A stretch of 13,196 nucleotides of DNA from a virus: IMG/VR virus record IMGVR_UViG_3300045988_146093. One strand, 5' to 3'. The notes beneath the pieces are model-generated. The model did not search any database. It saw only the letters and a program-made list of their open reading frames with translations, and was not told the origin of the DNA. The translations under genes were made by a program, and so were the position numbers. Shown here piece by piece: positions 1-6,060 of the stretch. The stretch's first letter is position 1. Each line of letters begins with the position of its first letter.

Positions 1-30
1 AAAGTACCCCGTCCTCGATAGCAAGCAAGT

Positions 31-127
31 CACTTTCCCACTTTAGCATGGTAAAGTGCTAAAGTGCTAAAGTGATAAAGCAAGACAGCAATGCTTTAGT
101 GTAGTAAAGTGTTAAAGCGGTGAAGCG
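31..127 (+). repeat. Terminal iteron array based on the octamer (G/C)TAAAGTG
   Basis: Tandem GTAAAGTG, CTAAAGTG, CTAAAGTG at 51-74. A second triplet GTAAAGTG, TTAAAGCG, GTGAAGCG at 104-127. Inverted copies CACTTT at 31-36, CACTTTA at 39-45 and CTTTAG at 94-99. CACTTTA-N6-TAAAGTG forms an inverted repeat around 39-58. Confidence 0.85.
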
Positions 128-194
128 AGTACAAATAATTGGACAGTTGGCGAGTACAAATAATTGGACTGATAAAGTGTACAAATAATTGGAC
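125..194 (+). repeat. Three direct repeats of GTACAAATAATTGGAC with 25-bp period
   Basis: GCGAGTACAAATAATTGGAC at 125-144 and 150-169. GTACAAATAATTGGAC at 179-194. Repeat starts at 129, 154 and 179. Confidence 0.9.
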
Positions 195-302
195 AGATTA
201 GAAAATAAAAATAATACCCTTACGCAATAAAGAGCAAAAATATTTAGTTAAATAGAATTAACAAATACATAAAAGAAAAATATAATGTTTACAATTTATT
301 CA

Positions 303-331
303 TTGACAATTGCGGTGTGGTGTGATATACT
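303..331 (+). promoter_or_regulatory. Near-consensus sigma-A type promoter inside the left ITR, firing inward
   Basis: -35 TTGACA (303-308), a 17-nt spacer, -10 TATACT (326-331), with TG at 322-323... preceding as TGA-TATACT (extended -10 like). An AT-rich tract lies upstream at 200-300. The expected TSS is near 338. Confidence 0.75.
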
Positions 332-340
332 ATATATAGA

Positions 341-373
341 GTTAAGGGAGAGGAACAAAAGAAAAACCTTAAC
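341..373 (+). other. Leader stem-loop at the 5' end of the ITR-promoter transcript
   Basis: GTTAAGG (341-347) and CCTTAAC (367-373) are reverse complements with a 19-nt purine-rich loop, starting a few nt after the predicted TSS. Confidence 0.5.
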
Positions 374-388
374 AAACAAAATTTTAAA

Positions 389-406
389 AGTTGCAATATG
401 ACAACT
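389..406. promoter_or_regulatory. Degenerate copy of the 18-bp palindrome (AGTTGCAAtatgaCAACT) at the left ITR boundary
   Basis: 4 mismatches to AGTTGCAACGTTGCAACT, all within positions 9-13 of the motif (window 397-401). It is positionally equivalent to the perfect copy at 12791-12808. Confidence 0.7.
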
Positions 407-421
407 AGAAAGGATTTTATC

Positions 422-1075
422 ATGGAGAACATTATTAAATCAGAAAGCACAAACATCATGGACACATTTAAGAGCAACGCTCTTAGGGAAAGCACTCAGC
501 GTATCTTTACAAGAATGGTAAATGTAGAGGATAACAAAAAAGCTATCTGTACAGACCTTGCGGAGATTTACAACAAAGGTACATGGAAAGACGACTTCAG
601 CGACTTTGGCGACTACACAATGACAATGTTTAACATCACAAAGTCAACAGCGAGCCGTATGAGAAGAGTTTCTGACAAGTTCATAACTGACATTAACTCA
701 CCGCTCAACGCTGAAATGTTCACATTCAATCAGCTTGCCACCCTTGTTACTCTTGACAATGAAGTCATTGAGAACTCAATTGTCAATCCTGATATGACGA
801 TTAAGCAGTTGAGAGAATTTGTAAACAGCGTTAAGGCTCTTGAAATGAAAGACACAGAGGAACAGGAAGAGGAAGCAGAGGAAAAGGAAGAGGAAGTAAC
901 AACGGCTGAAAGTTGCAACGTTGCAACTAATGAAGAGGAAGCTTCGAGAGAGATGGTACACTTTGCAAATCTTAAAAATTTGTCAATATGGGTAAATGCA
1001 CTCATGGAGAAAAGAGAAAACCTTGAAAATATCGACATAAGTTTTGACGTTACAACAAAGCACACTGAGTATTAA
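422..1075 (+). CDS. Putative HTH DNA-binding protein (ParB/KorB-type HTH-like segment, acidic C-terminal half), first gene of the left operon
   Basis: The ORF track gives 398..1075. I prefer ATG 422 because GAAAGGA (408-414) lies 7 nt upstream, and the same SD is conserved at the right end, whereas ATG 398 has no SD. The segment WKDDFSDFGDYTMTMFNITKSTASRMRRVSDKF...FTFNQLATLVTL matches the W..F.e....g.s.stA.r.m.v..f...l..s.l..L pattern of ParB-family/DUF3102-type HTH proteins as I remember it. A Glu-rich run EEQEEEAEEKEEE follows. Confidence 0.55.
   Translation: MENIIKSESTNIMDTFKSNALRESTQRIFTRMVNVEDNKKAICTDLAEIYNKGTWKDDFSDFGDYTMTMFNITKSTASRMRRVSDKFITDINSPLNAEMFTFNQLATLVTLDNEVIENSIVNPDMTIKQLREFVNSVKALEMKDTEEQEEEAEEKEEEVTTAESCNVATNEEEASREMVHFANLKNLSIWVNALMEKRENLENIDISFDVTTKHTEY
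911..928. promoter_or_regulatory. Perfect 18-bp palindrome AGTTGCAACGTTGCAACT inside the HTH gene
   Basis: Exact match read directly. It encodes SCNVAT in the 422..1075 frame. Confidence 0.9.
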
Positions 1076-1087
1076 TTACTCAGTGTG
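1061..1087 (+). other. Perfect 11-bp-stem hairpin spanning the stop codon of the HTH gene
   Basis: CACACTGAGTA (1061-1071), loop TTAAT, TACTCAGTGTG (1077-1087). It is followed by an A-run rather than a U-run, so it is not a canonical + strand terminator. Confidence 0.6.
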
Positions 1088-1105
1088 AAAAAAAGAGTGA
1101 GTATA

Positions 1106-1330
1106 ATGAAAAGACTATTTATGTGTGAATGGTGTGGGGAAATTTATGACGACGAATTTAAAGCAAAGAAATGTGAAAGAGGTCATTTAATCCCCCTCAA
1201 CGTCACCCCCTCATATTACGATAATCAGAAGAAAATCCCTGAGTTAGTAACTGTTGATTTCGGTGAACATACAGAAATTTACAGACTTGTTGGTGGTAAC
1301 AAAGAAAAAATAGAGGGAGTTCAGCTATGA
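1106..1330 (+). CDS. Small zinc-finger-like protein (CxxC...CxxxH), function unknown
   Basis: The ORF track gives 1085..1330 from a GTG start. ATG 1106 yields MKRLFMCEWCGEIYDDEFKAKKCERGHL with C-x2-C-x14-C-x3-H. Its stop overlaps the next start as ATGA. Confidence 0.55.
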   Translation: MKRLFMCEWCGEIYDDEFKAKKCERGHLIPLNVTPSYYDNQKKIPELVTVDFGEHTEIYRLVGGNKEKIEGVQL

Positions 1331-1488
1331 AGATAACAATAAAATCAGTTGTTACAATCCTATTGACGATTGTATTTTGTCTGTTATCACTTGCAGGCAA
1401 GATAACAAGTGAGCAGTACATGACTGTATTTACTACAGTAATTGCTTTTTACTTTGGTACTCAGTTTTCAAAGAATGGTAAGGTGTGA
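1327..1488 (+). CDS. 53-aa two-transmembrane holin-like protein (absent from the supplied ORF track)
   Basis: Manual translation gives MKITIKSVVTILLTIVFCLLSLAGKITSEQYMTVFTTVIAFYFGTQFSKNGKV. SD AGAGGGA lies upstream and the ATGA overlaps the preceding stop. There are two hydrophobic helices and a short charged tail, and the gene sits directly upstream of the endolysin module. Confidence 0.6.
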   Translation: MKITIKSVVTILLTIVFCLLSLAGKITSEQYMTVFTTVIAFYFGTQFSKNGKV

Positions 1489-1489
1489 A

Positions 1490-1699
1490 ATGTGGAGTTC
1501 AATAATAGTTGCAGTGCTATCCCTGATAGGTACATTTATTGGCACTTATTCTGGGTTTAAGTTGACAGAATACAGGGTACAACAGCTGGAAAAACGAGTA
1601 GCAGAGCATAACAACTTTGCAAGGAGATTACCAGTTGTTGAAGAACAGATAAAGGTAATTAATCATCGTTTGAACGATTTAGAGGTGAAAGAAAAATGA
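1490..1699 (+). CDS. N-terminal TM plus coiled-coil protein associated with the lysis cassette (holin or antiholin-like)
   Basis: The ORF track gives 1442..1699. ATG 1490 has SD AAGGTG and avoids overlap with the 53-aa ORF. The product is MWSSIIVAVLSLIGTFIGTYSGF followed by a heptad-like charged region (QQLEKRVAEHNNFARRLPVVEEQIKVINHRLNDLE). An ATGA overlap links it to the endolysin start. Confidence 0.6.
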   Translation: MWSSIIVAVLSLIGTFIGTYSGFKLTEYRVQQLEKRVAEHNNFARRLPVVEEQIKVINHRLNDLEVKEK

Positions 1700-2364
1700 C
1701 GTTTAAGGAATATATTTCTAAAACCCTAGGAAAATCAATCGATTTTGACGGAGTTTACGGCTTTCAGTGTTGTGATTTAGTCAACGATTATATGCAGAAA
1801 TGTTTTAATATTTTTACATATTATCCATACAATTTCAATGCACAGCAGTATTTCACAAGGTTCAATGAGGTATCAGCTCTTGTAAAGAATTTTACAAAAA
1901 TTTCAAATACTCCTGATTTTGTACCAATGCAAGGTGATATTTGTATTTTTAAGTCGGCTGACAATATTGGTCATATCTCAATAGCAACGGGCGAGGGAAA
2001 TACAAGCTATTTTTACAGTTATGACCAAAACTGGAACGGGCACAATTTTGTAGCAAAAGAGAAGCACACGTATACTAATTTTTTAGGTGTTCTGAGGTAT
2101 AAAGGCAATTCACTTGACATTTCAGGACTAAAACGTGGAGATAATAACGCAGGTGTTTACGCTTACAAAATGATGTTAAAATTGGCAAAAACTTGCAAAA
2201 TAATTAGTACAAGCGTTGATTTTAACGGAATATACGGCAAAGGCACTGAAAAGGCTACAAATGAGATTTTGCGAAAGCTGAAAAAGAAAGAGAATGGAAT
2301 AGCAGGAGTAAAGTTAATCAACGCACTTTATGAAGCTATTCTTGACAAAATAGTTAATTTTTAA
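1696..2364 (+). CDS. Endolysin with an N-terminal CHAP domain and a C-terminal peptidoglycan-binding-like repeat
   Basis: CHAP signature YGFQCCDLV (catalytic Cys) and GDICIF...IGHISIATGE (catalytic His). The C-terminal segment GDNNAGVYAYKMMLKLA...DFNGIYGKGTEKATNEILRKL resembles the PG_binding_1 pattern. SD GAGGTGA. Confidence 0.85.
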   Translation: MTFKEYISKTLGKSIDFDGVYGFQCCDLVNDYMQKCFNIFTYYPYNFNAQQYFTRFNEVSALVKNFTKISNTPDFVPMQGDICIFKSADNIGHISIATGEGNTSYFYSYDQNWNGHNFVAKEKHTYTNFLGVLRYKGNSLDISGLKRGDNNAGVYAYKMMLKLAKTCKIISTSVDFNGIYGKGTEKATNEILRKLKKKENGIAGVKLINALYEAILDKIVNF

Positions 2365-2453
2365 CAAGTTAATACGTTATGTGAGCATTTAACAATACAA
2401 CAGACAATTGATAATAATTAATATTTTTTAAAAATAAGAGGTCTAAACCGCTA

Positions 2454-2483
2454 TTGTTATCTAACGTACATAACTATTATATT
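2454..2483 (+). promoter_or_regulatory. Candidate internal sigma-A promoter in the 171-bp non-coding gap
   Basis: TTGTTA (2454-2459), an 18-nt spacer, TATATT (2478-2483). The context is AT-rich, so false positives are likely. Confidence 0.3.
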
Positions 2484-2535
2484 ACGGTCACATAATATTG
2501 AACAAATTACAAAAACATGGAAAGAGGTTTTAAAC

Positions 2536-2874
2536 ATGAACGGATTTAACGTAAACATGACTAAAAAGGACATTTTTAATGCAAAGAGTGGGTCAATCTC
2601 AATCAGGACAGCAGAGGCAAGCGAGTGGCATACTGTATCAGGGTGTGCAGTGGTAGAAAATGGTGGAATCGACAGAGATAAGAATCCATGTGATATTGGC
2701 TATGTAGCTACAGAAATTGGAGTTTTCGGTTTCTCGTCAAAGGTTTGTCTTGACCACATGGAAGAATTGGCAGATATTCTCAGCGAGTGCCTTAATGACG
2801 GTGAAGAAGTAAAGGTAAGATTTGTCAAAGGTAAGTCAACTAACGGAGAGTTTTACTCAATTCAGATACAGTAA
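2536..2874 (+). CDS. Putative phi29 p5-like single-stranded DNA-binding protein
   Basis: SD AAGAGG. At 112 aa it is close in size to p5 (about 124 aa). The C-terminus FSSKVCLDHMEELADILSECLNDGEEVKVRFVKGKSTNGEFYSIQIQ aligns by eye with my recollection of phi29 p5 ([48 protein letters not shown]). Confidence 0.5.
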   Translation: MNGFNVNMTKKDIFNAKSGSISIRTAEASEWHTVSGCAVVENGGIDRDKNPCDIGYVATEIGVFGFSSKVCLDHMEELADILSECLNDGEEVKVRFVKGKSTNGEFYSIQIQ

Positions 2875-2904
2875 ATAACAAAATCGGCAAAACGTGGTGG
2901 CAAA

Positions 2905-2922
2905 AGTTGCCACGTTGCAACC
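2905..2922. promoter_or_regulatory. Palindrome variant AGTTGCcACGTTGCAACc upstream of the portal gene
   Basis: 2 mismatches to the consensus. It ends 19 nt before ATG 2942, with SD GAAAGGGG in between. Confidence 0.8.
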
Positions 2923-2941
2923 GATTGAAAGGGGTGAAAAA

Positions 2942-3898
2942 ATGGGTTCAAAAATAAAGCCGTGGAACTGGAGCGAGTTCGGAGTTTCAAACATAGACAA
3001 AACACAACTGACAAGCTACTATTACAAAATGTTGCTAAATCGTGTTATTAATATGTTTACATGGGGAAACCTACCAGACACCATTGATGAGCAAGTAATG
3101 AACTTTTGGTTATTTGTAACAGGAAGAGTTGTATTTACAGAATTTAACGGAAAGTTATATGCACTAAATGGAAATTATGGTGGCTATCCTAACGAGTATT
3201 ATTTACCTACTGAATTTGTTATTGCTAATCCAATTTTAGGAAGTAAAGTTGTAAAGTTGGACGTTGACGGAGTGGCAATGTTTAACAGTGATACGGATAA
3301 GTACCCAACGCAGGGGTTAGTAGGTGGTTTATATCCTATACTAACACTAACGGCAAATATGTTAGCTGATTGTGTGGTCACAATTTCCAGTGCATTGAAA
3401 AACGGCAGAGTTCAAACAGCGTTTTTGTGTAAGGACGATACAGTACGAATTGCAGGAGAAAAAGTTCTACAACAGTTATATAACGGCAACCCAGCTGTTA
3501 TGATTGACGACACAATTTTAAATTGTATTTCGCCTATCAAAATGGCAGATAATACAAGTGTTGCTACAATCCTACAGCAGACAATTGAAACGTATCAATT
3601 TTGGCTTGCAAATTTTTACAACTCAATAGGAGTAAACGCAAACTTTAACATGAAACGAGAACGGCTAAACACAGCAGAAGTCAATATTAATGATAGTGCA
3701 TTGTTTGTAAATGTTATTAATATGTTGAATAACCGACAGCAGGCACTTGAAAAAATTAACAAAATGTTTGGTACAAACATAACTGTTGAAATTTCTGAGG
3801 AATGGAAAGACTTGACAGAAACTGAGGAAACCCCTACAGAGGAAGAACCTACAGAGGAAGAGGGAAAAGACAATGCGGCAGATAATAACGCTGAATGA
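2942..3898 (+). CDS. Portal / head-tail connector (phi29 gp10 upper-collar family)
   Basis: The ORF track gives 2894..3898 from GTG. ATG 2942 has SD GAAAGGGG and leaves the palindrome non-coding. By-eye matches to phi29 gp10: [14 protein letters not shown] vs [35 protein letters not shown] vs [40 protein letters not shown] vs REEACEKINELYGLNVKVKF. Acidic C-terminal tail. Confidence 0.9.
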   Translation: [318 protein letters not shown]

Positions 3899-4550
3899 GT
3901 GGATTGAAAAGTTTCCCACTATAAATACTATTTTTGACAAGGTATCAGCAGACTTGAAATTATTTACAGTTTTTACATCGGCTGAAATGTTCTCATATTT
4001 TGTAAACAAGTTTGGTGAGCGTGGTTTTTATCTGTATTATGATAGCGAAAATGCAACAAATAATACTAATAGAGTGAAACAGGCAAGCGACTATATAGCA
4101 TTATATGGTAAATCTCACAAATACGAGTATGACAAGTTAGTCGATACTCTGTCATTGGAATATAACCCCATAGAAAACTACTCCATGACAGAAAAAGGAA
4201 CGGACACAAGAACGCCAAACATCACGCAAACAAACAAGGGTGTAAATACAAATACTGTAGGTGTTGACACGTCAATTACAACGGGTAAAACAACATTTGA
4301 CAAATCTGATAGTTTTATCAATGATACAAAAACTACCAATACGGGAACTAATACCGATACGCAGGATATAAACACTACAGTTACCACGGCAGGAAATGAA
4401 AAAACTGTACATGAATTTACAAGAAGTGGTAATATTGGTGTCACTACATCACAACAGATGATTGAAAGTGAACGTCAATTAGCAATGTTTTCTGTAGTTG
4501 ATTTATTCGTCAAAGCAATTGCAGATATTATTTTAATTGGTGTATATTAA
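3873..4550 (+). CDS. Putative lower collar / tail tube adaptor protein
   Basis: It follows the portal directly with a 26-nt overlap and SD GAGGAAGAGGGA. A long Thr/Asn-rich alternating segment (TDTRTPNITQTNKGVNTNTVGVDTSITTGKTT...) suits an extended beta-hairpin tube. The motifs YNPIENY and RSGNIGVTTSQQMIESE are ones I associate with small-podovirus collar/adaptor proteins. The assignment rests on position and composition. Confidence 0.45.
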   Translation: MRQIITLNEWIEKFPTINTIFDKVSADLKLFTVFTSAEMFSYFVNKFGERGFYLYYDSENATNNTNRVKQASDYIALYGKSHKYEYDKLVDTLSLEYNPIENYSMTEKGTDTRTPNITQTNKGVNTNTVGVDTSITTGKTTFDKSDSFINDTKTTNTGTNTDTQDINTTVTTAGNEKTVHEFTRSGNIGVTTSQQMIESERQLAMFSVVDLFVKAIADIILIGVY

Positions 4551-4552
4551 AA

Positions 4553-4570
4553 AGTTGCAACGTCGCAACT
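4553..4570. promoter_or_regulatory. Palindrome variant AGTTGCAACGTcGCAACT upstream of the capsid module
   Basis: 1 mismatch at motif position 12. It ends 20 nt before ATG 4591, with SD GGAAAGGAG in between. Confidence 0.88.
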
Positions 4571-4590
4571 AGGAAAGGAGAAAAAATAAA

Positions 4591-4878
4591 ATGCAAAAAG
4601 TGAGAAGTCCAACATATGCAGAGAATTACGTCAATCTTGCAAGAGCCGTTGTGCTAAAAGTAATAATAGACACTCTCCAAAATAAGGAAGATTTAAGGAA
4701 ATATATTTTATATAGTGATGATTTTGTGTTTTGGTTACGCCTTGCAGATTGGTTAAAATATGAAAATGTTATTAAAGATAAGTTTTCATATTTTAAAGGG
4801 ATTGACAGAACGTTAAAAAAGAAACTAAACACATATTACCGTCTTAAAGGTGAAGAAATGAAAAGAGGTAAATTATAA
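4591..4878 (+). CDS. Hypothetical 95-aa protein; scaffolding role possible from position only
   Basis: Strong SD, and its stop overlaps the MCP start (TAATG). It occupies the position of phi29 gp7 (98 aa) directly upstream of the MCP. Its aromatic and hydrophobic composition is not typical of scaffolds. Confidence 0.35.
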   Translation: MQKVRSPTYAENYVNLARAVVLKVIIDTLQNKEDLRKYILYSDDFVFWLRLADWLKYENVIKDKFSYFKGIDRTLKKKLNTYYRLKGEEMKRGKL

Positions 4879-6026
4879 TGAAAGTTACACAAATTGCCAC
4901 AATTTTGAATGAAGCACAAAAGGAAATAATCGGTGAGAGTGCTATAACAACGGAAAATCTTGAAAACGTTGTCGACATGGGCAAGCAGATACTTGAAGCG
5001 ACAGATGTTGACAATTACGTCCGCAAGCTGATTGACAAAGTCGGCAGAATGATTTTTGTCGATAGAGTTTATAACTCAACAGCTCCTGACATTTTGACAG
5101 ATAGCTGGGAATACGGGTCAGCAATGCAGAAAGTTCGTTGTGAAATGCCTGACGCTGTTGAGAATGACAGCTGGAAATTGACCAACGGTCAGAGTTATGA
5201 CCCATTTGTATTCACTGCACCTGACGTTCAGTCAAAATTTTATGACAGTAAGGTGACATACGAAGTGCAGATGTCATTTACAGAAATGCAAGTCAAGAGT
5301 GCATTTAATTCACCTACTGAAATGAACAGCTTTTTTGCAATGATTGAAAATCGTATCAGATTTAAGCTGACTTTGTCAAATGATATACTCAAAACAAGAA
5401 CCGTTAATAATCTCATAGCAGAAAAGATACACAGCAAAAACAACGTTGTTAATCTTTTGGCAATGTACAACGCAGAATTTACACAGACCCTAACAGCGGC
5501 ACACGCTCTTATGGATAAAGATTTTCTAAGATACGCAATCGGAAAAATCAAGGAGTATATCAAGTACATTCAGCGTCCGTCAATGTTGTTCAATGACGGC
5601 GGTTACACAACTTTCACCCCAGAAAGTGACATGAAAATGGTGCTTTTGTCAAGATTTGTAAATACGGCTGAGGTTTATTTACAGAGTGACACGTTCCATA
5701 ATGACCTTGTGAAGCTGAGTGGTTATTCTGAGGTTCCATACTGGCAGGGCAGTGGAACGGGTGAAACGTTTGATTTTGCAGAAATTTCAAAAATCGATGT
5801 TACAACTGCAAGCGGTAACGCAGTATCTCAGACAGGCGTTATCGGTACTATTTTTGACCGTGACGCTTGCATGGTATGTAACGCTAATCCAAGAGTTACA
5901 AGTATTTACAATCCAAAGGGCGAATACTGGAACTATTTTTATAAGTATGACGCAAGCTATTTCAATGATACCATGGAAAATTGTGTTGTATTTATAGTAG
6001 CAGACACAGCAAAAAAAACAGTATAA
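4878..6026 (+). CDS. Major capsid protein (phi29 gp8 family, HK97 fold, no obvious C-terminal Ig domain)
   Basis: SD AAGAGG. By-eye matches to phi29 gp8: NPKGEYWNYFYKYD vs NPRGLYWNYYYHVW near the C-terminus, and LIDKVGRMIFVDRVYNS vs LVDRIGLVVIRQVSLNN. At 382 aa it ends about where the gp8 core ends. Confidence 0.88.
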   Translation: MKVTQIATILNEAQKEIIGESAITTENLENVVDMGKQILEATDVDNYVRKLIDKVGRMIFVDRVYNSTAPDILTDSWEYGSAMQKVRCEMPDAVENDSWKLTNGQSYDPFVFTAPDVQSKFYDSKVTYEVQMSFTEMQVKSAFNSPTEMNSFFAMIENRIRFKLTLSNDILKTRTVNNLIAEKIHSKNNVVNLLAMYNAEFTQTLTAAHALMDKDFLRYAIGKIKEYIKYIQRPSMLFNDGGYTTFTPESDMKMVLLSRFVNTAEVYLQSDTFHNDLVKLSGYSEVPYWQGSGTGETFDFAEISKIDVTTASGNAVSQTGVIGTIFDRDACMVCNANPRVTSIYNPKGEYWNYFYKYDASYFNDTMENCVVFIVADTAKKTV

Positions 6027-6044
6027 CAAAATGATAGTTAAAAC

Positions 6045-6052
6045 GTTGCAAC
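6045..6052. promoter_or_regulatory. Extra half-site GTTGCAAC, 8 nt upstream of the full palindrome
   Basis: ACGTTGCAACC read directly. It sits in the MCP-tail intergenic region. Confidence 0.6.
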
Positions 6053-6060
6053 CCTAAAAA

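Larger units (their letters stand above)
1..396. repeat. Left inverted terminal repeat (ITR), 396 bp, genome terminus
   Basis: I reverse-complemented 12801-13196 block by block and it matches 1-396 at every position. The repeat starts exactly at the window edge with 5'-AAAGTACCCC. Imperfect homology (14 of 18) continues to 414. Confidence 0.97.

Noticed and set aside
289-495. 68-aa minus-strand ORF from the track crossing the ITR promoter and leader
   Set aside because: It runs antisense through the promoter, leader hairpin and start of the HTH gene. It has no SD and a low-complexity hydrophobic translation typical of AT-rich antisense frames.
840-900. GAGGAA/GAAGAG-rich repeat tract (also 3826-3862) as a possible tandem repeat or regulatory element
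   Set aside because: It is in-frame low-complexity coding sequence for the acidic poly-Glu segments of the HTH protein and the portal C-terminal tail. There is no precise repeat unit.
2894-2941. N-terminal extensions offered by the track (GTG 2894 for the portal; also 398, 1085, 1442 and 11267 for other genes)
   Set aside because: In each case a downstream ATG has a proper SD at 7-10 nt. The extension would either read through a regulatory palindrome (2894, 398) or overlap the preceding gene extensively (1442, 11267). The extensions are not excluded absolutely, and 398 and 1085 remain possible.
730-6029. Antisense or off-frame track ORFs inside well-supported genes (730..1065-, 776..961-, 1203..1421-, 3199..3381-, 3616..3873-, 3665..4009-, 4178..4444-, 4626..4832-, 4942..5205-, 5240..5569-, 5719..5997+, 5787..6029-)
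   Set aside because: All lie nested within CDSs that have strong motif support or coupled starts. They lack ribosome-binding sites and give Leu/Phe/Ser/Cys-rich shadow translations.
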